This document shows positions 11,911 through 21,959 of a stretch of 64,000 nucleotides of DNA, in pieces. The position numbers and the translations under genes are program-made. Source of the stretch: Mobula hypostoma (Eukaryota). A model generated the notes under the pieces. The model saw only the letters and a list, made by a program, of their open reading frames with translations, did no database searches and was not told where the DNA came from. The stretch is taken from contig NC_086118.1 in the NCBI RefSeq assembly GCF_963921235.1, positions 27,158,001 through 27,222,000 on the forward strand, given 5' to 3'. Numbering within the stretch: the stretch's first letter is position 1; each line of letters begins with the position of its first letter.

Positions 11911-13954
11911 ACCTAATCGGCCTGGGCCGTGTGTGTGAAAGGGAGAGGGGACATAAGGAAGAAGATAAGATATGAGGATAATGATAGTTTTCATAATATT
12001 GGTCTCTCCTCTGGCCATAAATTCAGCAATTGGCTCACAGTGATAACCAGCACTATATCCTTTAAGATATTGCACGGTTCGGGAGAGGTGGAGATTGGAA
12101 AGGGGACGGGGAAGAGGAAGCAGGTACACTTGTTTCCCTCATTTTTCAACCCCTCCATCCCCAAGAATTGATATCTCCTATACTCCAATTGTCTATCTTG
12201 GGATACAAGGGCCATCCAAGGTAGTCTGTCAATGTACTGTACCTTATTCAAACTGTTTAAATAAATGGGGCAACTGTGATGATAGATTAGCAGTTAGCTG
12301 TGGTCTGAGGTTCTGAGGCTTCCAGTAGCCATGTAAGTGTGAGAATGTAGTCAGCCATGTAAATGCTGAATATCATAGCAGATAAATGAAGATGGTTGGT
12401 ACCTGCATGGTGGCTGTTTGGAGTACTGAGTAGTGTCTGAGGGTAGTAGTTGTGTAGTTAGGATAAAACATTTGAAGATGCATTTATTGACCTTCACCAG
12501 TTAGTGGTGTTGTATCCAGGTCACAGATCATCATCCTTTGCATTGACATCTTCACTTATCTGCTCTCACAACTCCCAAATTCAATGCAGAGCTTGAAAAC
12601 CTTGAAGCCCATTCCAATTTGTACTGTGCCATCCTCACTCGCCAAACTGCTGTCAACAGTTCCATCCACTATGCAAGGGAATGAGTTTCAGCTTTAAGCA
12701 GTGCAATCGAGCTTTAATTCAAGCTAACCATTGGGAGCACTGGGCAACTGTTGTGCATCTGGTCAATCAGCAGTATGGCTGGGTCTTGGAATTATAGAAA
12801 TGAGCAGACAACATGAAGTAGGACTGCTGCCTACATATCAATCATCAACTACGATGATTCTCGCCTTCTTTGGCCAGATGGTGCATTTAACTACCAATGT
12901 GCTTCAAGTAAAGATGATCCCATCAATTAACAGGAGGTTTAAAAGCAGTCCAGACTTTAGTACAGAGATAACCATCTTTCTTTATTGTCTGCTAGCTTAA
13001 AATGTGAATCCATATTTGTTGCATTTCAAGAAACTAAGGCTAATATTCTATTGAGTAAAATCCAGTTTAGAGATAATATTTTACCAGGAATCAAAAACAG
13101 GCAACTCTTGACTAAAGGCATTGCAAAGTCTTTTAAAAAAAAATTGTGCTGAAGTGTGTTATTTTGAAAAATAAACACTTAATTTTAAAGAAGGGACATA
13201 TAAGATTTATAACATTTCTCTGACAATGGTATACAACTTCCTATTACATTTTATTGCAGCTCTTAAATCATTCTAACTATCTACTTGGAGAAAATGAGTG
13301 GATTATCAGAGATGAAATCTCAGATTTTTAGCACTTATTGTTATGTTTATTTGGAGTAGTAAATTCATTTTGCTTCTTTTCATAAACCCATAACAGTTGC
13401 TAAATTGTATCGATCTTTGAAATCATATTGAGCCAGATACATTCTTTGCTTCAGCAACATTTTGAGATAATGTTTTTTATGTCTAAATTTGGCATTGAAT
13501 TTATGTTTTCAGCAATGTTGTGACAAAGATTTAAAGTGATAACACAGGGATCTCCTGTTCTCTTCATCTGACAGGTAGATGCTGGAATTCTTTGAGTCAT
13601 TCCGAATTCCCAAATTATTAAAATTTAGCAGAAATTATTTTCTACTTATGGAGCATTTTGGAATATTTCCTAATGTTTGTGTTAAAAAAAGTTAAGTATA
13701 GGATTTCACTAGACAATTGCTGCTATTATTCAAATTTTTGACACCATTTAAAAAAATTACAAGGTAAGAGACCAGACGTTTAAAACAGGCATATGTAGAA
13801 ATTGCTTCTTGCAGATTGTGTACCTGAGAGGGTGGTAGGATGCTAGATCATTTTACTTAAGCAAAGTTGGATACATTTTTTAAAGATTGGGCGATTGAGG
13901 GTTAAGGGGATTTGGCACATAAGAGCTGACAAGCCCTGGGCAAAACGATCTTCC

Positions 13955-14761
13955 ACTAAGATGGAGGTGAACTTGGACATAACAGCTACTCTGGGTCCAA
14001 TGAAAGGTGTATTTGTGGGTCTTGTACAGCTGTTTTATGATTGTACTGGATACTAAGAATGTTTGCAGGACTATCAGGCGGGTTGCTAGATGGCGATGGA
14101 GCTGGACTTACTGAGTACCGTTGTGTTGTTGCTGGACTTGTTGTGTCCATTGGATGGTGCACGGTCTAAAAAAGATGCAAATGCTTGTCTTGGACATTTT
14201 TATGGTGATTATAATACTCTACTGGACATTGGTAATATAGAATACTGCAAGTCTGATTCACTGTTTCATTGGAAAGACTGATGGAGGGGGAGGGGTCGTG
14301 GCAAGGATGAGGGTGAGGCCGCAGGGTCACCCGTTGGAGCTGCCCAGGGGAGGAGATGCCGAGGTGACGTGTGAGAGGTCTCTGTGGGTGCACTGGAATC
14401 CGTACTTGCATTGGGGGCTGACGCCCCCCCCCTCAGTGCTGCCCTCCAGTGTTCACTCAGCGCTACTTTCCCACATTTGCTCAGTTCTGCTGTCTAGTGT
14501 TCGCTCGGTTTCAAGAACAAACTGGACCTCGACAATTTACCATCAGTTCTGCAGTCATGCCACTCAGGGACTTGGGCTGTATTATCTTTTTCCTTGTGTT
14601 TGTACATTTTTCTGAAATTGTAACCATATGTACTATTTGTGCTATGTTCAATGTGCAGTGGGTTGTGTGATGTTGGTAATGTTTTTTGCACCTTATGAGC
14701 AGAGGAACGCTCTTTTATTTGGTTAGATTCATGGATGGTTGAATGATAATTAGACTTGAAC
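13955..14761 (+). mobile_element. Unclassified interspersed repeat, copy 1 (homologous to 45609-46270)
   Basis: Shares CTGGATACTAAGAA...CAGGACTATC...GCGATGGAGCTG and the 3' end GGTTGAATGATAATTA.ACTTGAAC with the minus-strand copy at ~45.6-46.3 kb. Confidence 0.75.
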
Positions 14762-15104
14762 GATTATATTGAATGGAGGAGGAGGCTTTATTCCTGTGAA
14801 CAGCGAAAACATACAAATCACTCAAACAACCTCTGATTGGTAATAACCTGGGAAGAAGATCGGAAACAGAAAATCAGTGTAAAATTCACAACTAAAATCT
14901 TTGTTTCATTACTAAGGCTACTATAGAATTCATTGGGTAATTCACTATTTTAAGATGATCATTTGCTCTATGATCAGCTGACTTCTTTTCCAATTCACCT
15001 TCGATTTTCCAAAAGTGTTGGAAGAATATATCAAAATACTAGCCTCCCCTTACTCTTGGAGTGGGTACAATGAAATTGAAGGTTACTGTGAAGGTCACTT
15101 TGGG

Positions 15105-15675
15105 TCAACATACAAAATGGTGGAAGAACTCAGCAGGTCAGACAGCATCTACGGAAGTGAATAAACAGTTGACATTTCAGGCCGAGGTACTTCATCAGGA
15201 CTGGAAAAGAAGGGTGAAGAAGCCAAAATAAGAAGGTAAAGGAAGGGGAAGGAGCACGAGCTAGAAGGTGATATGTGAAGCCAGTTGAAGGGGAAGGTGG
15301 GTAGGTGGGTGAGGGGCGGAATGAAGTGAGAAGCTGGGAAGTGATTGGTAGAAAAGGCAGAGGACTGAAGAAGCAGGAACCTGATAGGAGAGCAGAGAGG
15401 ACCATCGGAGAAAGGAAAGAAGAGTGGACACCGCATACAAAGGGCAGGTGAGGAAAAGGGAAAGGGTAAGAAGGGAGCCAGAATGTGGAATGGAAAAAAG
15501 ATAAAAAGGGGAGAAGGAGTAATTACCAGAAATTAATCTTCATTCTGTCAGGTTGAAAGCTATAAGACGGAATAGAAGGTGTTGCTCTTACAACCTGAGA
15601 GTGGCCTCATCGTGACAGTCGAGGAAGTCATGGACTGACATGCCGGAAAGGGAAGTAGAAGTAAAGTAGGTTTGG
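15105..15675 (-). mobile_element. Decayed PLE 3' fragment (GIY-YIG end + pLTR)
   Basis: CAACATACAAAATGGTGGAAGAACTCAGCAGGTCAGACAGCATC and GGTGTTGCTCTTACAACCTGAGAGTGGCCTCATC are homologous to 6966-7480. Confidence 0.85.
15166..15203 (-). ncRNA. Partly degenerate hammerhead ribozyme motif
   Basis: CAGTC-CTGATGA-AGTACCTCGGCCT-GAAA-TGTC-AACTG. The core is intact but stems I and II carry mismatches. Confidence 0.6.
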
Positions 15676-15829
15676 GTACCTGTTCTGCTGCCTCACCATC
15701 GAGTTCTCCCTGATTTACTGGCAGAGAACCAATCAAATATTACCAATTTAGCTACTGAACAAAGTTGATAGAGTTTAATAAATAGTGAAACTAAAGTAAA
15801 AGAAGTTGCTAATGGTGAAACTTTTTTAC

Positions 15830-16730
15830 AAAAACATAACAAAAAAGGTAAGAAATATTGAACAGGTCAGTCACTGAAAGCAAGCATGCAAGTACAGCAG
15901 GCTGTGAAGAAAGCTAATGGCATGCTGGCCTTCATAACAAGGGGAATTGAGTATACGTGCAAAGAGGTCCTTCTGCAGCTGTACAGGGCCCTGGTGAGAC
16001 CACACCTGGAATACTGTGTGCAGTTTTGGTCTCCAAATTTGAGGAAGGACATTCTTGCTATTGAGGGAGTGCAGCATAGGTTCACACGGTTAATTCCCGG
16101 GATGGCGGGACTGTCATATGTCGAAAGATTGGAGCGACTGGGCTTGTATACTCTGGAATTTAGAAGGCTGAGAGGGGATCTTATTGAAACATATAAGATT
16201 ATTAAGTGATTGGACACGCTGGAGGCAGGGAGCATGTTCCCGCTGATGGGTGAGTCCAGAACCAAAGGCCACAGTTTAAGAATAATGGACAGGCCATTTA
16301 GAACAGAGTTGAGGAAAAACTTTTTCACCCAGAGAGTGGTGGATGTATGGAATGCCGTGCCCCAGAAGGCTGCGGAGGCCAAGTCTCTGGATGCTTTCAA
16401 GAAAGAGATGGATAGAGCTCTTAAAGATAGCGGAATCAAAGGTTATGGGGGTAGGCAGGAACTGGATACTGATTGTGGATGATCAGCCATGATCACAGTG
16501 AATGGCAGTGCTGGCTCGAAGGGCCGAAGGGCCTACTCCTGCACCTATTGTCTATTGTCTATTGTAAGGCAGCAACTTCAGAAAGAGAAAAAGAGTTAAT
16601 ACTTAAAATTATTGTCCTTGTATCAGATGAAGTTCTGAATGAAGGTTAACTGCCTGAAACATGAAATGTGTGTCTCTCTTCACCAATAGAACTGCGACTA
16701 TTTCAAACAATTTCTGTTTTTATTTCAATA
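15830..16730. repeat. Old fold-back pair of PLE pLTRs, split by the CR1 insertion
   Basis: Removing 15867-16566 joins AAATATTGAACAGGT to AAGGCAGCAAC...GAGAAAAAGAGTTAA, a pLTR in minus orientation. A plus-orientation arm follows, with hammerhead-like CTGAATGAAGG...CCTGAAAC. Confidence 0.55.
15867..16566 (+). mobile_element. CR1 LINE, 5'-truncated 3' end
   Basis: KKANGMLAFI...LYRALVRPHLEYCVQFWSP...RRLRGDLIETYKI...FFTQRVV..WN; ends in a (CTATTGT)n tail. Confidence 0.93.
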
Positions 16731-17434
16731 AATAGTCTTTAGAAATGTTAATTGGATTTTACAAAGACAATCAAAAATGCCAGCTGATGATTACTTTTGG
16801 CATATACATAACCCAAACATGTAGGTATTTGCATAATATTGGGATTACTCTGCATTTCTCCACATGCTTCGATTATATTAGCACATATAACAGAGCCTGA
16901 GGGAGACTTATGCCAACAGTCTGGAGGAGACACAACAAAGAGAAGCAAGATCACATCCGTCTCTGCAAACGGTTAGGAAAGTATGATGGACAAATCTACT
17001 AGAGCCATGTCAACAATAAAATGCAGAGCATCTGTTAGAAAAGAGCTCAGGGAAGCTGAAGAAAAATACAGAAACTAAACTTAAGTTGCAACGGAAAGTA
17101 AAAAATTAAAGTTACTGTGATGCTCTGATTAGACTTACTTCTGGTTTGAATGAATACAGTGATGATTATACTAGAATGACATTTTTGGCTAGGATAATCA
17201 ATTTCCATAAAAGTTTAGACGTGCAGGCATAATTATTATTGGTCTGTCAGTATTTTAGCTTAGGTTCAGACTTCGAGAAAATTGGTAAGTAGATTTTTAC
17301 TGTGTGTTAGTGTTAGAAGTAAAACAGACTATCTTAAAACACGAGGAATTCTGCAGATGCTGGAAATTCAAGCAACACACATCAAAGTTGCTGGTGAACG
17401 CAGCAGGCCAGGCAGCATCTCTAGGAAGAGGTAC

Positions 17435-17469
17435 AGTCGACGTTTCTGCCGAGACCCTTCGTCAGGACT
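17435..17469 (-). ncRNA. Hammerhead ribozyme motif with damaged stem II
   Basis: AGTC-CTGACGA-AGGGTCTCGGCA-GAAA-CGTC-GACT. Confidence 0.7.
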
Positions 17470-18195
17470 AACTGAAGGAAGAGCTAATCAGAGATCTGAA
17501 AGTGGGAGGGGGAAGGGGAGATCCAAAATGATAGGAGAAGACAGGAGGGGGAGGGATGGAGCCAAGAGCTGGATGGTTGATTGGCAAAAAGGGATATGAG
17601 AGGATCATGGGACAGAAGGCCCATGGAGAAGGAAAAGGGGGAGGGGGAAAAAACCCCAGGGGATGGGCAAGGGACAGAGGGAGAAAAAGGAGAGAGAGAG
17701 AAAGAATGTGTGTATATAAATAAATAACAGATGGGGTACGGGGCGGGGGGGGGGAGGTGGGGCATTAGCGGCCTCCTCTACTGTAAAGATGAAGCCACAC
17801 TCAGGTTGGAGGAACAACACCTTATATTCCATCTGGGTAGCCTCCAACCTGATAGCATGAACATTGACTTCTCAAACTTCCACTAATGCCCCACCTCCCC
17901 CTTGTACCCCATCCGTTATTTATTTATATACACACATTCTTTCTCTCTCTCTCCTTTTTCTCCCTCTGTCCTTCCGACTATACCCCTTGCCCATCCTCTG
18001 GGTTTTTTCCCCCCTCCCCCCTTTCTTTCTCCCTGGGCCTCCTGTCCCATGATCCTCTCATATCCCCTTTGCCAATCACCTGTCCAGCTCTTGGCTCCAT
18101 CCCTCCGCCCCCCCCCCCCCCGGTCTTCTCCTATCACTTTGGATCTCCCCTTCCCCCTCCCACTTTCAAATCTCTTACTAGCTCTTCCTTCAGTT

Positions 18196-18231
18196 AGTCC
18201 TGACGAAGGGTCTCGGCCCAAAACGTCGACT
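18196..18231 (+). ncRNA. Hammerhead ribozyme motif with GAAA>AAAA core mutation
   Basis: AGTC-CTGACGA-AGGGTCTCGGCCC-AAAA-CGTC-GACT, with G>A at 18220. Confidence 0.7.
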
Positions 18232-19720
18232 GTACCTCTTCCTAGAAATGCTGCCGGGCCTGCTGCGTTCACCAGCAACTTTGATGTGTGTTGCAGACTA
18301 TCTTATTTATGAAAGCATTGCTTCTTCCTTGGAAAGTGTGTCATTCTAACATCTTTATACTGCATCCTCTCTGAAGAGCAAAACAATCTTGATGTCCAGA
18401 ACAACTGGTAATGTTCTAAATAAAATTTTACTGGAGCTTTACATAATTGTCATGTGACTTCCAGCCTTTTGAGATAAAGACCATTGTTCTATTTTTGCCA
18501 AAAACTCTAAAATTGCAGGCTTGTTTTCTTGGTCTCCATTATTTTTCATATCACTTCATGAATTAGCTGGATTTGCATCTTAAATGTGAGTTAATACTGC
18601 CACAATTTCAAGACCAATGAATCATTTATTAATGACATTGTTAATGATATGATTTGTGGTTCCGAAATAAAACTCAGCCGTACAGAGTATCACTAAATAA
18701 TGAATTCGGAGAGACTTTTCTTTTAAACAGTCTGCCTTGGCAGTGTTTTTGTATCATTTTCGTCATTCACTCTTCCATTTGTTGTTGGCAGATAATAATT
18801 TTTTGGAAGGAAATCTGTTTGACACTCAAAATCACAAATAAGATAACTTGCTTTCAGAAAATGATTCTGTGTTAAAATATTCTGTCTGAACCTTTTGTGT
18901 AATTTGGCGCTGATCGTGCCATTCATTCTCTATGAGCTTCTGAAGGAACGAAACCACAAATCCCAAACAGAAAATCAAAATATGGCATATACTGGAAACT
19001 TGGAAGGAACCCAGAATATGTTGGCAATGTACAACGGATCATGCACCATTTGTGGGAAAAGAAATAGAGTTCACTTTTGAGTAAGTGACCTTTTCTTCGG
19101 ACTGCAATGCTGAGAAAGGGAGAAGGACGGACAAAACGAAATGCAAAGGGTACAACATCATTGAATGTAGTAGAGCTTAGAAGACACATAGGATGTTAGT
19201 ACATATTGAAAGAAAATATTTTAGGAATCAATTAATTCACAACGTCCTCTTCTATTTTTTATTCATGTTGCTCTAATTTCTGCTTCCATATTCCATACTT
19301 TTTTCCTTTTTCTTTATTTCTCTTTTTATTACTAATTCACCCTCTTTTCCATTGGGCACTCGATTCCATTCTCGATCCTTAAGTTTAAACAGTTAAAAAG
19401 AAAGGCCTTGGTGTTTTTGATGATCTAGACAAGCCAATGGCTGAATTATATTGTTATTAATTCACGCTGTCCAGGTGTGACAGGCAATGAAGAGGAATAT
19501 TGCATCTTTTTTCTCCTTCAACCGAGAAATTTGAACAAGAACAAGAACCAGTAACTGTTGTACTTGTAAAGTGTTTAGATTTAAGGAAAAATTTTATACT
19601 GATTCTGTATCTACTTACTGATTCTATTTCCTTTATGCCTTTATACAATGAAGGATGTCTTTCCTTCATTTCTCCATTCACTCTGCTCAGAAAGTGACAG
19701 ATGCCCTGCTGCAGAATATA

Positions 19721-20815
19721 CACTTACTGGCCACTTTATTAAGTGCAGGAATGGAAACTGGTTTGATCTTCTTCTCCTGTAGCCCATGCACTTCAAGATG
19801 CGATGTGTTATGCATCCAGTGGTCCTATTCTGCACACCACTGTTGTAACACACGGTTATTTGAGCTACAGCCACCTTCCAATTAGCTCGAACCAATTTGG
19901 CCATTCGCCTTTGACCTCTCTCATTAACAAGGTATTTTCGCCCACAGAACTACTGTTCACTGTATGTTTTTATTTTGTTTTGCACTATTCTCTGTAAACT
20001 CTAGAGACTGTTGTGCATGAAAATCCCAGGAGGTCAGCAGTTTTTGAGATACTCAAACCATCCCATCTGGCACTTTGATCCCATTTCAAAGTCACTTAGA
20101 TTACTATATTTCATTAGGCGTTTGAAGAGATTTGGTTTGTTACCTAAAACACTTCGAGTTCTATAGAGTACTGTAGAGAGTATTCTGACAGGCTGCATCA
20201 CTGTCTGGCATGGGGGAGGAACTGCATAGGATTTAAAGAAGCTACAGAAAGTTGTAAAATTAGTCAGCTCCATCATGGCTACTATCCTCCGTAGTATCCA
20301 AGATACCTTCAAGGAGCACTGCCTCAGAAAGGCAACGTCCATTATTAAAGACCCCCATCACCCAGGGCATTGTTACCATCAGGAAGGAGGTACAGAAACC
20401 CGAGAGCACTCACTCACCAGTTCAGGAACAGCTTCTTCCCCTCTGCCACACCATTCCTAAATGAACAGTGACCCATGAACACTATCTTATATCTTATTTC
20501 TGTTTTTGCACTATTTTAAATCTATTTAATATACATATATATACTTACTGTAATTGATTTACTTATTTTTCTTTCTTTCTATATTATCATGTATTGCTTT
20601 GTACAGCTGCTGATAAGTTAACAAATTTCACGACATATGCTGGTGTTAATATACCTGATTCTGATGTCTTCCCCATTCTGGTGTTTGATATGAACAGCAA
20701 CTGAACCTCTTGACCATGTCTGCAAGCTTTTAATGCATTTAGTTGCTGGCACATGGTTGTTTGTTCGATATTTGCATTAAGGAGCATGTGTACCTAAAAA
20801 AGTGGCCACTGACTG
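19721..20815 (-). mobile_element. Tc1-like non-autonomous DNA transposon, interrupted by a Rex1 fragment
   Basis: TIRs (TA)CACTTACTGGCCACTTTATTA and TAAAAAAGTGGCCACTGACTG. The minus ORF MAKLVRANWKVAVAQITVCYNSGVQ...THRILKCMGYRRRR resembles a Tc1 N-terminal HTH region. Confidence 0.8.
20104..20665 (+). mobile_element. Rex1/Babar LINE 3' fragment
   Basis: LYFIRRLKRFG...TVESILTGCITVW...KKLQKVVK...CLRKATSIIKDPHHPGH; tail CCTGATTCTGAT. Confidence 0.8.
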
Positions 20816-20872
20816 TCCTTTGAAATTGTGGCTTTAAGTTGGATTTTAAGATATAAATATTGTTTCATAAAG

Positions 20873-21075
20873 ACAGAATGTTGGAAACACACAGTAGATC
20901 AGGTGTCATTCAGGGAGAGAGAAAAAGTGATAAAGAGTTAATTTCAGATTGTCCAAGGATCTATAATCTTGAATTGTTGACTCTGTATTCCTTTCCAAAG
21001 ATGCTGCCTGGGCTACCGTGTGTTTCTAATATTTTTGTTTTCATTTCAGATTTCTGGCATCTACAGTTTCTGATT
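20873..21075. repeat. Fold-back element formed from inverted decayed pLTRs
   Basis: AATGTTGGAAACACACAGTAGATCAGG is the near reverse complement of CCTGGGCTACCGTGTGTTTCTAATATT. Confidence 0.7.
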
Positions 21076-21594
21076 TTCATAAATGGATCCAGGTTTGAAG
21101 AATTATTGAATGCTGAGGTTACAATGTTGTAAAATTTTAAAGCAACACAAGGAACACTTTTTGTATGCACTATTTCCACATGTTTAAAAGTTTTATATTA
21201 TGTGTTATGAAGTAACATAAATTTTTATGCAGCTTGCTTTGTACTAATGAACTGATTGAGCTGTGGCAACCTGGGACTGCACATATGCAGTGAATCAAAA
21301 GTCGCGCTTAATAGAACGATGCAGGTTTGCTCAAGTGAAACAGAAGGTAAGAAAGCCCTGCATGCACTAAAATCAAATACAGCCGTGGATGTTAGAAATC
21401 AGCAAGTTAAAAAAAACAGATGTAGAGGTAAACCTGTCTGCTATACTAATAAGGGCTTTTGTATGGGATGTTGGGGTGACGTCTATATTTTGATGGAAGT
21501 GTTCTGATAGCTGATATCTGTGAGGGGAATAAATGTAAATGTAAATGTACCTGTAAGTTGAAAATTTTGTTATTCTGAGCAAAAAAAAAATAAA

Positions 21595-21790
21595 AAGAAA
21601 CAGAAATGCTGCAATTGGTTAGTCGGCAGGTCTGCAGAACCTGTGGAAAGAGAAAGGTAGTCATTGTTTTCATGCTGAAGACGGAATGAAAGATCTTTAA
21701 ACTGCAATACGAACTCTGTTTCACTTTCCACAGAAACTGGCCGATCCATTGAGTGCTCCCTTAACTTTCAGTTTTGATTTGTAACTTTGT
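21595..21790. repeat. Fold-back element formed from inverted decayed pLTRs
   Basis: CTGTGGAAAGAGAAA pairs with TTTCACTTTCCACAG, and the outer arms resemble pLTR ends. Confidence 0.6.
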
Positions 21791-21959
21791 AGTTGTCTGC
21801 ACCATTGCTAGGGACTTTGGTGTAGAAGACGACCATGCAAGCAGTTACAATGCACTGGTAGGCCAGGTTTCTCAGGGTGGGGTGAGGTTGCACAGGTCGT
21901 CTCCCCAGGTGCCCACTTTAGCTACCACAGCACCACAGCAAATACCGAAGAGCTGGAAA

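Larger units (their letters stand above)
17337..18293. mobile_element. Young PLE insertion made of two inverted 3' ends (minus arm ~17337-17770, plus arm ~17770-18293)
   Basis: The arms are near-identical reverse complements over ~400 bp. Exact 12-bp TSD CAGACTATCTTA at 17325-17336 and 18294-18305. Confidence 0.93.

Noticed and set aside
11696..12045. Octamer ATGCAAAT and heptamer CACAGTG suggesting an Ig/TCR V segment
   Set aside because: No nonamer at 12- or 23-bp spacing and no V-domain translation; the octamer lies inside the Harbinger relic.
17886..18312. Near-identical peptides (…SPDEGSRPETST…AAWPAAFTSNFDVC) in ORFs at 17.9, 28.0, 32.6, 49.1 and 59.8 kb, suggesting a small gene family
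   Set aside because: They are translations of the non-coding PLE terminal repeat; PDEGSRPET is the hammerhead sequence read as codons.
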